64,000 bases of DNA, taken from the NCBI GenBank assembly GCA_032128115.1, contig JAQBHB010000069.1, positions 1 to 64,000 on the forward strand, written 5' to 3'. Each line of letters opens with the position of its first letter. The first letter of the stretch is position 1. The stretch comes from Deltaproteobacteria bacterium (lineage in GTDB: Bacteria; Myxococcota_A; UBA9160; SMWR01). This document shows positions 28,160 through 37,239 of the stretch, in pieces. The position numbers and the translations under genes were made by a program. Below the pieces are notes generated by a model. That model was not told the origin of the DNA. It ran no database searches and saw only the letters and a list, made by a program, of their open reading frames with translations.

Positions 28160-29569
28160 GTGCGATCTCTACGCATCAAGTTCACTGCGCTCCTGGTCGG
28201 CCTGCTGGTCCTGGCCTGCGTGAGTCTCGCCTGGGTGGCCACCCAGCAGGAGCGGTCCGCCCTGGAAGCCGAGGTGGAGAATCGGGGCCGGGCGTTGGCG
28301 GCCATTCTCGCCGGGGCCGCCATGGAGCACCTGCCGGGTGTGGAACTGGGCGACTTCGATGGGGAGCTCGTGCTGGAGCGTCTGATGCGCGAGGTGGGCG
28401 CGAGCAATGGTGTGGTAGCGGTCCGGCTGCTGGGCCGGGAGGGCCGCGTGGTGGCGTCTCTGGACGCCTCGGAGCGGGGACTATCCCCGCGGACCCTGAC
28501 AGGCGCCCAGGCGCGCCCCGCGGCCGACCAACGGGGTTCCCGGCTGCTGGCGGCGGCACCGATCCTGTACAGCAAGCTGCGCGTGGGAGAGGCCCAGGTG
28601 GAGCTCGATCTACGCGTGCTCGTGGACCCGGTGGTGAAAAGCACCACCCGCCGGCTGGCGCTGGCGGCAGCGGTCCTCACGCTGGTGGGCGTGGGGGCCG
28701 GAGTCGTCTTCGTCGCCCTTCTGGCAGTGCCCCTGAGGCGCCTGCGGCTGGGCGTGGAGCGACTCAGAGATGGCGACGTCACCGTGCGCGTGGCTCCCAC
28801 GTCCCGCGACGAGGTGGGCGAGCTGACCCGCGCGTTCAACGAGATGGGCGACTCGCTGCTCCAGAAGCAACGCATCCAGAACGCCTTCGGGCGCTACGTG
28901 AACGACTACGTGCTCGCCCAACTGCTCGATGGCCCCGAGAGCGAGCAGCTCGAGGGCATGGAGCGCGAGGTCTCGGTCCTGTTCGCCGACATCCGGGGAT
29001 TCACGCGACTCTCGGAGGGCATGAAGGCCAGGGACGTGGTCGCACTGCTGAACGAGGTCTTCCAGCTGGCCACCGACCGCATCCTCGAACGCGGCGGCAT
29101 CGTGGACAAGTTCATCGGGGACTCGGTCATGGCCTACTTCGGCGCGCCGGTGCCCCACTCGGACCACCCCCTGCGAGCGCTCCTGGCGGGTGTGGACATC
29201 CTGCGGACCCTGGAAGAACGCAACCAGTCCGAACCGAGCGACCCCGACGCCCCGCCGCGGGTGCCGGTGCAGATGGGCATCGGCATCCACACGGGGATCG
29301 TGGTGGTGGGCAACATCGGATCCGACCGGCGCACCGACTTCACCGCCATCGGCGACGTGGTCAACGTGGCCCATCGCCTGGAGAAGCTGTCCAAGCCCGG
29401 CGAAATCCTGGTATCCCAGGCCGTCCAGCGCCGGGTGCGCGCCGAAGTGCGCCTTCAATTCCGGGGAGAGCAACAGCTGTCCGGCCGCGAAGAGCCGGTT
29501 CACGTCTACTCCGTCGACCGGAGCCGCGAGTCCGCGCCTCGCGCGGCACAGGATCCGTTCACGCCATGA
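28160..29569 (+). CDS. Membrane-bound HAMP + class III adenylate cyclase
   Basis: Two TM helices, HAMP (DEVGELTRAFNEM), LFADIRGFT, DKFIGD, FTAIGDVVNVAHRL. Confidence 0.92.
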   Translation: MRSLRIKFTALLVGLLVLACVSLAWVATQQERSALEAEVENRGRALAAILAGAAMEHLPGVELGDFDGELVLERLMREVGASNGVVAVRLLGREGRVVASLDASERGLSPRTLTGAQARPAADQRGSRLLAAAPILYSKLRVGEAQVELDLRVLVDPVVKSTTRRLALAAAVLTLVGVGAGVVFVALLAVPLRRLRLGVERLRDGDVTVRVAPTSRDEVGELTRAFNEMGDSLLQKQRIQNAFGRYVNDYVLAQLLDGPESEQLEGMEREVSVLFADIRGFTRLSEGMKARDVVALLNEVFQLATDRILERGGIVDKFIGDSVMAYFGAPVPHSDHPLRALLAGVDILRTLEERNQSEPSDPDAPPRVPVQMGIGIHTGIVVVGNIGSDRRTDFTAIGDVVNVAHRLEKLSKPGEILVSQAVQRRVRAEVRLQFRGEQQLSGREEPVHVYSVDRSRESAPRAAQDPFTP

Positions 29570-30633
29570 GCCGGGTCGGGCTGGCGTTGCTGGCGCTGGC
29601 GATCACGGCGTGCACCACACCCCTCCAACGGGGCCAGCGGCTCTATCGGGATGGCGATCGTCTGGGTGCACTGGAAGTCTGGCGCGCCGCCCCGGAGGAC
29701 AGCTCCGAATACCCGGCGATCGTGGCGCGCGTCGCCGTGGTGGAGGAGGAGTTCGACCAGCTCGTTCTCCGCTACAAGAAGCGCGCCCGCTACTTCGAGA
29801 CCAATGGAAGGTTGGCCGAGTCGATCCTGAACTACCGCCTGGCCCTCAAGCTCCAGCCCAACGACATCGAAACCCTGGATCACGTGCAGGGCCTCGCCCG
29901 GGATCTGGCCCAGCGCAAGGCCCGGCTCAAGGGCACCTACCGCGCCGCCATGCTGGAAAGGGACCTCCCCGGCGCACGGCGCGATCTGGGCCGTCTGCGG
30001 GGACTCGATCCCTTCGACCCGGAACTCGAAACCGACCAGCGGCAGCTGAACGCGGCGCTGCGGGCCGAGATCTCGCGCCTGCTGGCGGCCGGACGCCTGG
30101 GCTTTTCCATGGGAAACTACGCAGCGGCCGAGAGAGCCTTTCACGAGGTCCTGGAACTTGCGCCCGCCAACGAGTCGGCGCTCGGACACCTTTCGTACAT
30201 CGCGGTCACGCGCCGCGAGAGCGCCGCCGTGGGCGAGGCCCCATTCGACGCCGGAACCCTGGCCACGGTGTCCGAGATCCGGGCCGAGGGCTTCTACCAG
30301 AATGGGCTGGCAGCAGAGCGCGGCGGAGAACTGTATGCGGCGATCCGCTACTACCTGTTGGCGCTCGATGCAAACCCGGAACACAGCCAGTCACGGCAAC
30401 ACCTGACACGGGTGCGCGAACACCTTTCCAGCGAGGTGGACGCGCTGATCGAAGCCGGCCGCAACCAGTTCCGAAACGAGGATCTCCAGCAGGCGCTCGA
30501 CCTGTGGCGGCGCGCGCTACTGATCGACCCGGAAAACGCGCGAACCCAGGCCTACGTCTCCCGCGCCGAGCGTCAGCTGCAGAACCTGGAGCAGTTGCGT
30601 TCGGAACCCGACGTGGCGGTGAAGGAGGAGTAG
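29566..30633 (+). CDS. TPR-repeat lipoprotein
   Basis: Lipobox ITAC; helical repeats ending AL.L.P/ALLIDPEN; ATGA overlap with the cyclase. Confidence 0.75.
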   Translation: MSRVGLALLALAITACTTPLQRGQRLYRDGDRLGALEVWRAAPEDSSEYPAIVARVAVVEEEFDQLVLRYKKRARYFETNGRLAESILNYRLALKLQPNDIETLDHVQGLARDLAQRKARLKGTYRAAMLERDLPGARRDLGRLRGLDPFDPELETDQRQLNAALRAEISRLLAAGRLGFSMGNYAAAERAFHEVLELAPANESALGHLSYIAVTRRESAAVGEAPFDAGTLATVSEIRAEGFYQNGLAAERGGELYAAIRYYLLALDANPEHSQSRQHLTRVREHLSSEVDALIEAGRNQFRNEDLQQALDLWRRALLIDPENARTQAYVSRAERQLQNLEQLRSEPDVAVKEE

Positions 30634-30638
30634 GCGCC

Positions 30639-31952
30639 ATGCGTCGCCCCCCGATCGCCGTGTGCGTCCTGGCCATGTTCGCCGTCGGCTGCGCCACGCC
30701 AGTGGGATGGCCCGGGACCTGGCCGTCGCTGGAGATCCCCTGGGGCCAGGCCCCCGTAGAGCTCGAAACCACGGCTTCGGCCGCACTCCCAGCTCCAGAG
30801 GGCGTGACCGTCGCCAGTGGTGTGCTGCGAGCGGTTCCCATCACCTGGGATCCCGTTCTGGTGGGCGACGTGGGCGGCTACCTGTTGGAGCGCGCGCCCA
30901 TGCGCGAGGGACCCTATCGGCGCATCGCACGGGTGGAAGGGCGCGCCCAGACGGCCTACCTGGATCGCGGAGAGCTGTTGTCCGACGAGCCGCCCATGCC
31001 CATGGATGACGGCGACACCTTCTTCTACCGGGTGCGCGCCTACACGTCGGCCGGGCACGTTGCGATCGAGGTGTCCGAAGTGGCGGTTGGCACCACCGCC
31101 CTGCCGCCCGACCCCCCAGCCGACCTGCGCAGCTACAGCCATCAGCCCCGAATGGTTCCGCTGAGCTGGCGTGCATCGGACAATCCCACGGTGCAGGGCT
31201 ACGTCGTCTATCGCAGCCCCAGTTCCCAGGGTCCCTTCGAACTCCTGGCCCGCCTTTCGGGCCCCCACTCCACCATCTACGTGGATCGCAACCTGGGAGC
31301 CCTGCGCGTCTTCTACTACCGGGTGGTGGCGCGCAACGCCGCCGGAGGACAGGGCGAGCCCAGCGAGGCGGTCCAGGCGGTGACGAAATCCGAGCCCCTA
31401 CCGCCCATGGGCCTCCGGGTGGTTGCGCAGCGGCTCGGCGCCAACCGCTTGACCTGGGAGCCCAACGTGGAGACCGACCTCGTGAAATACGAGCTCCGGC
31501 GCTTCCGCACGGGCGAGGATGCAGCGGAGGTGGTGACGGCCCTGCCGCCCGACGTGCGCGAGGTGGAGGACATGGAGGTGGGAGCCCGTGAGCAGCTCTC
31601 GTACACCCTGATCGCCGCAGACCGCGACGGCCTGGAGAGCCCCGCTTCGCGTAGGATCGGCGTCGAGAGCGAGGGCTACGGGCTTTCGGCCCGGGTGGAG
31701 TCCGATGGCGTGCACCTGGCCTGGAACCCGCGCACGGACGAGGGCTTCGTGGGAGCCCGTGTCTTCCGCCGCGAGTGGCTGCGCCAGCGCGACCTGGGCT
31801 TCGTGGAATCGGCCGAATTCGTGGATCACCAGGTGTCGCCGGGGCGAAGCTACCGTTACACGGTCGTTCTCGAGCGGCCCGGTGCCGTGGCGGCACCGCC
31901 CTCGATTCCGCTCGGGGTGCGCATCCCGCGCGACGACGGGCGTTTTCGTTGA
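30639..31952 (+). CDS. Fibronectin type III repeat lipoprotein
   Basis: SD AGGAGG; lipobox AVGC; repeated L.W...Y...R...Y.D...FYYRV units. Confidence 0.8.
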   Translation: MRRPPIAVCVLAMFAVGCATPVGWPGTWPSLEIPWGQAPVELETTASAALPAPEGVTVASGVLRAVPITWDPVLVGDVGGYLLERAPMREGPYRRIARVEGRAQTAYLDRGELLSDEPPMPMDDGDTFFYRVRAYTSAGHVAIEVSEVAVGTTALPPDPPADLRSYSHQPRMVPLSWRASDNPTVQGYVVYRSPSSQGPFELLARLSGPHSTIYVDRNLGALRVFYYRVVARNAAGGQGEPSEAVQAVTKSEPLPPMGLRVVAQRLGANRLTWEPNVETDLVKYELRRFRTGEDAAEVVTALPPDVREVEDMEVGAREQLSYTLIAADRDGLESPASRRIGVESEGYGLSARVESDGVHLAWNPRTDEGFVGARVFRREWLRQRDLGFVESAEFVDHQVSPGRSYRYTVVLERPGAVAAPPSIPLGVRIPRDDGRFR

Positions 31953-31992
31953 TTTTCCGCGACCACCCCCTAGACTCCCCGCCGGAGTCCGA

Positions 31993-32068
31993 TCCCCGGT
32001 AGCTCAGCTGGCAGAGCAAGCGGCTGTTAACCGCTGGGTCGTAGGTTCGAGTCCTACCCGGGGAGCCA
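31993..32068 (+). tRNA. tRNA-Asn(GTT)
   Basis: TCCCCGG/CCGGGGA acceptor stem, agcgg-CT GTT AA-ccgct, GGTTCGAGTCC, CCA; upstream TTGATT-N16-TAGACT. Confidence 0.97.
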
Positions 32069-32093
32069 GCTCCAGGCCAGAGATCACAGATCG

Positions 32094-35000
32094 GTGACAG
32101 CGATCGCGCCGTCGACCCGGACAGTCCGCGAGCAGCGCCGCAACCTGGACCTGGGGCTGGGCCTTGCCGCCCTGGCCCTCTACACGTTCGGCGTCCTTTC
32201 CGGCTGCCTCCAGAACGGCACCCTCAACTGGGACGACGCCATCTTCCTGGAGCCGGGCAACGCCGTCCTGCGCTTCGATGTGGCCCAGATGGCACGCCAG
32301 GTGGTGCTGGCCAACTACCACCCGATCACGCTCTTGAGTCTGGCCATCGATCAGCGACTGTTCGGTCTGGATCCCTTCTCCTTCCATCTCACCAACCTCT
32401 TGCTGCACGTGGCCAACACCCTGTTGGTGGTCCTGTTCGTGCGGCGGGTGGCGACCGGCGGCCTGACCGTTCCTTTCCTGTGCGGGATCCTGTTCGCGGT
32501 GCACCCGCTCCACGTGGAATCGGTGGCCTGGATCGCCGAACGCAAGGATGTCCTCTCCACTGCGTTCTTCCTGCTGACTCTCCTGGCCTGGCTGCGGTTT
32601 CGCGACCGCGGGGGCGCCGTGGCCTACGCGGTAACGCTTTTCGCCTTCGCATTGGCGCTGCTCTCGAAGCCCATGACGATCACCGCGCCCGTGGTCTTCC
32701 TGGCCCTCGACTACCGCTTCGGACGACGCCCGGATCTGCGCCGCGTGGGCCTGCACGCGCCCTTCTTCGCGCTGGCAATCGCGGCGGGCCTGGCCAACGT
32801 GATCTCGCAGACACCGCCCGACACCAGCCACTTCGCGGTCTACGGGGGGGGCGTGCTTGCGCGCCTGGGAATCGGATTGCAGTCGCTGGTCTTCTACGTG
32901 TCGAAGACCGTCGTTCCCCATGGGCTGAGCGGCTACTACGATGCGGAGCGGGTCGCCGTCGCCCCCTGGCAGATGCTCGTGGCCGCGGGCGCCGGCGTCG
33001 CTGCGGGCGCGCTCCTGAAACTCAGGCCAGATCTCCGGCGCGAAGCCCTCTTCGGACTCCTGTTCTTCTTCATCACCGTGGCCCCGGTGCTGAAGGTGAT
33101 TCCCTTTGGCGGTCACTCGCTGTTCAACGACCGCTACATGTACCTGCCGAGCATCGGCCTGTTCCTGGTGGCAGCACTTCCGTTTCGCGACGTGCTCCGA
33201 TGGGCGGCGATCCCCCGGGCCGCGACCCTCACCGCGGGGGCAGCCCTGCTGCTGGCGTTCTCGATCCAGAGCGCCCAGCGGGTGACGGTGTGGCGAGACT
33301 CGGGGACGTTCTGGCGAGACGTGCTCGCCGTGGTTCCCGGTACCCCGGTGGCCCACAACAACCTGGGCCGGTACTACCTGGACGAGCGACGCGACCTGGA
33401 TCGCGCCGAGGCCGAGTTCGAGGCGGCAGCTCGCGCCCGCCCCGAGTTCGCCACGCCTTACTTCAACCTCGGGGTCATCCACCAACAACGCGGCCACTTC
33501 GCGATGGCCGCCCGAAATTACGAGCGGTTCGTCGAGCTGGATCCCTCCGATGTCAAAGGGCGCATCTCGATCGGCGCCTTCTACATCAGCAACGATGACC
33601 TGGATCGGGCGGTGAGCCACCTGGAGGCCGCAAACGCCGCGGCCGGGGGCTCGGCACTCGCCCTCTACAACCTGGGCGTTGCCCACTACCAGGCCGGCCG
33701 GCTCGACGATGCGGAACGCGCCCACCGCGAGGCCGTGGCGATCCGCCCGGATCTCGCCGAATCCTGGGCGAGCCTGGGAGACATCCATCGAAAACGCGGC
33801 CAGCACGAGGAGGCGCTGGTCTTCTACGAAAAGGCAGTGGAGCTGGGCTACGACCTGGGCCCGAAGCGTCTGGAGCGGATGCGCCGGCGCGCCGCCCCCC
33901 CCGACCCGCGACCCAACGTCGTGCTGATCAGCATCGACACCCTGCGTGCCGACCACCTGGGCAGCTATGGCTTCGGGCTCGACACGAGCCCACGCATCGA
34001 CACCCTGGCCCGCGACGGCGTCGTCTTCGAGCGCGCCATCGCCGCAGCCAGCGCTACCGCGCCCTCCCACGCCTCGATCCTGACATCCCTGTATCCGCGC
34101 GAGCACTCCATCGGTCACCACAATGGCGCCACGCGCCTGGAGGGGACAGCGACCCTGGCCCAGGTCTTTCGCGACGCGGGCTTTGCCACGGCGGCCTTCG
34201 TGGGAAACCTGCTCCTGCAACGCCGCACCGGCTTCGACACCGGCTTCGACGTCTACGATGACGAACTCCACGCGGGCGAGCGCAACCGCGAATCGATCCT
34301 GGAGCGCGGCGCCGAAGCCACCACCCAACGCGCCCTCGACTGGCTGGCGGCCCAGGGGACCCACCCTTTCTTCCTGTGGGTGCACTACCAGGACCCCCAT
34401 GGGCCCTACGAGGCCCCCGCGGACTGGGCGGGACGCTTCCGTGTCGTCGGCGAGCCCGATGAGAAGCCGCTTCCGATCCTGTCCAACGACCTGGGCTGGG
34501 GCGGGATCCCGGCCTACCAGGTAATCGAGGGTCTCGACCGCCTGAGTCAATACCGAAGCCGTTACGCCGACGAGGTCCACTACGCCGATCACTGGATCGG
34601 CGAGCTGATAGCGGCGGTGGACGCCCAGGCGCGCGACGCCATCGTGCTGTTGACCTCGGACCACGGCGAGGCCTTCGGAGAGAACGACCGCTACCTGGTC
34701 CATTTCTACACGTCGACCCCGGAGAACGCCCACGTCCCGCTGATCCTGCGCGCCCCGGGCCTGCCACCTGGGCGCCGGCCCGGCATCGCAAGCCACGTGG
34801 ACGTGATGCCCACGCTCCTCGAGTTGGCCGGCCTCGACGCGCCGCCGGGCCTTCGGGGCATCGCGCTGGGACCCCTGGTGCGGGGCGATCGTCCCCTGCC
34901 GGATCGAACGGTCTACTGCGACACGGGTCGCGAACTGTCCGCCTATGAACGCGGCGGCTTCCTGCGGGTCCTGGGCGGCGGGCGCGGCGGCCCGCGACCG

Positions 35001-35174
35001 GTGGTCACGCGCTACGAGTGGAGCGAAGACGGCGCCTGGACCCGCTCGCCACAGCCAGCCCGCCTCTCCCCCTCGCTGCGCGAGCACCTGAAGAAGCGAC
35101 CCCCCACCGTGACGGCGCCCGCCATGCCCTCGCGTCTCGCGCGCCAGCTGCGGGCTCTGGGTTATGCCGAGTAG
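32094..35174 (+). CDS. TMTC-like polytopic glycosyltransferase + TPR + sulfatase-like domain fusion
   Basis: WDD, YHP, HPLHVESVAWIAER, LLSK, DRYMYLP; TPRs; ISIDTLRADH, TAPSH, TSDHGE, LRALGY. Confidence 0.8.
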   Translation: MTAIAPSTRTVREQRRNLDLGLGLAALALYTFGVLSGCLQNGTLNWDDAIFLEPGNAVLRFDVAQMARQVVLANYHPITLLSLAIDQRLFGLDPFSFHLTNLLLHVANTLLVVLFVRRVATGGLTVPFLCGILFAVHPLHVESVAWIAERKDVLSTAFFLLTLLAWLRFRDRGGAVAYAVTLFAFALALLSKPMTITAPVVFLALDYRFGRRPDLRRVGLHAPFFALAIAAGLANVISQTPPDTSHFAVYGGGVLARLGIGLQSLVFYVSKTVVPHGLSGYYDAERVAVAPWQMLVAAGAGVAAGALLKLRPDLRREALFGLLFFFITVAPVLKVIPFGGHSLFNDRYMYLPSIGLFLVAALPFRDVLRWAAIPRAATLTAGAALLLAFSIQSAQRVTVWRDSGTFWRDVLAVVPGTPVAHNNLGRYYLDERRDLDRAEAEFEAAARARPEFATPYFNLGVIHQQRGHFAMAARNYERFVELDPSDVKGRISIGAFYISNDDLDRAVSHLEAANAAAGGSALALYNLGVAHYQAGRLDDAERAHREAVAIRPDLAESWASLGDIHRKRGQHEEALVFYEKAVELGYDLGPKRLERMRRRAAPPDPRPNVVLISIDTLRADHLGSYGFGLDTSPRIDTLARDGVVFERAIAAASATAPSHASILTSLYPREHSIGHHNGATRLEGTATLAQVFRDAGFATAAFVGNLLLQRRTGFDTGFDVYDDELHAGERNRESILERGAEATTQRALDWLAAQGTHPFFLWVHYQDPHGPYEAPADWAGRFRVVGEPDEKPLPILSNDLGWGGIPAYQVIEGLDRLSQYRSRYADEVHYADHWIGELIAAVDAQARDAIVLLTSDHGEAFGENDRYLVHFYTSTPENAHVPLILRAPGLPPGRRPGIASHVDVMPTLLELAGLDAPPGLRGIALGPLVRGDRPLPDRTVYCDTGRELSAYERGGFLRVLGGGRGGPRPVVTRYEWSEDGAWTRSPQPARLSPSLREHLKKRPPTVTAPAMPSRLARQLRALGYAE

Positions 35175-35254
35175 TTCGCGCACGGGCCCGAATCCGCTTC
35201 CGTTCACCGCTCCGGGGCCGATACAATCCCCCCTCACAGGGGGGAGTCGGCTCG

Positions 35255-35833
35255 ATGCATGGAAGGACCGCGGCGCGGAGTCGCGCTGCAGTCATCGTCG
35301 CCTGGGCTCTGTGTGCTGCCGCATGGAGCCCTGCAGCGTTCGCGGAGCAGGCCTGGATCAAGGAGGGTCTGCGTCTTTCGCTGCGCACCACCCCTAGCGC
35401 CGACGCGCGGGTGGTGGGCCTGGTGAAGACCGGCGACGTGGTCGAGGTCCTGGAACGCGGCGAGGAGTGGACGCAGATCCGGGTGAACGGCACCCAGGAG
35501 GCCTGGATTCGTGCCGGTTACCTGCAGTCTGGCCCGCCGTCGGCGGTGCTGCTGGCGCAGCGGGACGCCGAGGCCGCCGAGCTCAGGAAACGCCTGGCGA
35601 AACTCACCCAGGACGCCGAGCAGGTGCAGTCGGATTACCAGGACCTGTCGCAACGCGACGGGGGCCAGACCGAGACCATCGCCCGCCTGGAGCGCGAGAA
35701 CGTGCGGCTCGAGAGCCAGACCCAGCGTTGGCCCGAGTGGATTGCCGGAGCCTGTATCCTCTCGGTGGGAATGATCCTGGGCGCGATGCTCCGCGGCACG
35801 GGACGGCCCAAGCAGCCCAAGCTGCGCTTCTAG
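35255..35833 (+). CDS. SH3-domain protein (TIGR04211/YgiM-like) with coiled coil and C-terminal TM helix
   Basis: Signal peptide, LRTTPS...VEVLE...WTQIR...AWI, coiled coil, TM helix, basic tail. Confidence 0.8.
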   Translation: MHGRTAARSRAAVIVAWALCAAAWSPAAFAEQAWIKEGLRLSLRTTPSADARVVGLVKTGDVVEVLERGEEWTQIRVNGTQEAWIRAGYLQSGPPSAVLLAQRDAEAAELRKRLAKLTQDAEQVQSDYQDLSQRDGGQTETIARLERENVRLESQTQRWPEWIAGACILSVGMILGAMLRGTGRPKQPKLRF

Positions 35834-35841
35834 CGCCGGGC

Positions 35842-37188
35842 TCACTCGGCCAGGAAGTCGGCCAGCTTCGAGGCGTTCTCGGTCTTCGTGATCAGCAGCA
35901 CCCTGTCGCCGGCTTCCACCCGGTCGGTCCCTCCCGGCACAAGCAGCTTCTCACCGCGGCGCAGGGCCGCCACGATCGTCCCCGGCGGCCTCACCTCGGC
36001 CAGGGTGCCGGCGGTGAGCCGGCTTCGCCGTGACGGCTCCGCCTCGACGATCTCGATCTGGTCCGCCAGCAGCTGGGCCACGGATCGCACGCGACCCCCG
36101 CGAATGGTATCCAGGGTCAAGCCGATGGCGAGCACGCGCGGACTGATGATGGCATCGATTCCGATCTCCTCCACCAGCTCCACCAGCGCTGGATTGTCCA
36201 CCAGCACCACCGAGCGCCCGGCGCCCAGGCGCTTGGCCATCAGTCCCGCCACCAGGTTCGACTCGTGGTTGTCGGTCACGGCCACGAACGACGCCACCCG
36301 ATCGATCTCCTCTTCTTCAAGCACCGCGCGGTCCGTGGGCGCGCCCCGGATCACGGTGGTGCGCGTCAGCAGCTCGGCGGCCCGGCGCGCCAGCGCCTCG
36401 TCCTCCTCGATCAGCGAGACGGCGACGCCCAGGCTTTCCAGGCGACGCGCCAGCTCGATCCCGATGGCCCCGGCGCCGGCGATCATCACGCTGCGGCGCG
36501 GATCGGGCTGGATCCCGATGGCCTCGAGCACGTCGGAGAAGTGCTCGCGTGCGATGGCGAAGTAGACCAGGTCACCGTCTTCGATTCCGTCGCTTTCGCC
36601 CGGAATCAGCCAGCCGTCCTTGCGGTGGATCGCCACCGCCATGGTGCGCGTGGCGGCAAACAGCTGCTGCAGGTCGCCCACCCGCACGCCCACCAGGCCC
36701 GAGTCCTCATTCATTCGGAAGCCCGCCACCAGCAGCTCGCCGTCCATGAACGACACCACGTCCACGGCGCCCCGCACCTCCAACAGGGCGGCAATCCGGT
36801 CGACGGCCGCCTGCTCCGGGTTCACGCAGATGTGGTCCCCGGCATGGTCGCGGCTGATCAGTTCGAAGGTCGCCACGTGGTCCGCCGCGTGCAGGCGCGC
36901 CACGATCCGCGGCACCCCGAACAGCGACGAGGCCAGCAGCGCGACGATCATGTTGGTCTCGTCCGAATTGGTGGCCGCCACCACCACGTCCGCGTCGCCG
37001 ATGCGAGCCTGGCGCAGGACGTTGGCCGTGGCGCCGTTTCCCTCGACGATGCGCAGGTCGAGATTCTCGGACACGCTGCGCAGGCGGCCGGGCTCCGCAT
37101 CCACCAGGGAGACGTCGTGGCCATCGCCACAAAGGCGCTCCGCCAGGGTGGTACCCACGAGCCCGGCACCCACGATCACGATGTGCAT
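35842..37188 (-). CDS. trkA: Trk potassium uptake NAD-binding subunit
   Basis: Two RCK_N domains (GAGLVG, GAGAIG) and two RCK_C domains, 448 aa. Confidence 0.9.
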   Translation of the reverse strand: MHIVIVGAGLVGTTLAERLCGDGHDVSLVDAEPGRLRSVSENLDLRIVEGNGATANVLRQARIGDADVVVAATNSDETNMIVALLASSLFGVPRIVARLHAADHVATFELISRDHAGDHICVNPEQAAVDRIAALLEVRGAVDVVSFMDGELLVAGFRMNEDSGLVGVRVGDLQQLFAATRTMAVAIHRKDGWLIPGESDGIEDGDLVYFAIAREHFSDVLEAIGIQPDPRRSVMIAGAGAIGIELARRLESLGVAVSLIEEDEALARRAAELLTRTTVIRGAPTDRAVLEEEEIDRVASFVAVTDNHESNLVAGLMAKRLGAGRSVVLVDNPALVELVEEIGIDAIISPRVLAIGLTLDTIRGGRVRSVAQLLADQIEIVEAEPSRRSRLTAGTLAEVRPPGTIVAALRRGEKLLVPGGTDRVEAGDRVLLITKTENASKLADFLAE

Positions 37189-37239
37189 GCCCGGATGTTA
37201 CGCCCTCCAGGCGCGACTCGCCGCGCCTGGACCCGACTT

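Noticed and set aside
32004..35237. Very long antisense or alternate-frame ORFs (e.g. 1077 aa here, 1017 aa at 56372-59425, 882 aa at 8312-10960)
   Set aside because: Shadows of real genes caused by high GC at third codon positions; no motifs of their own
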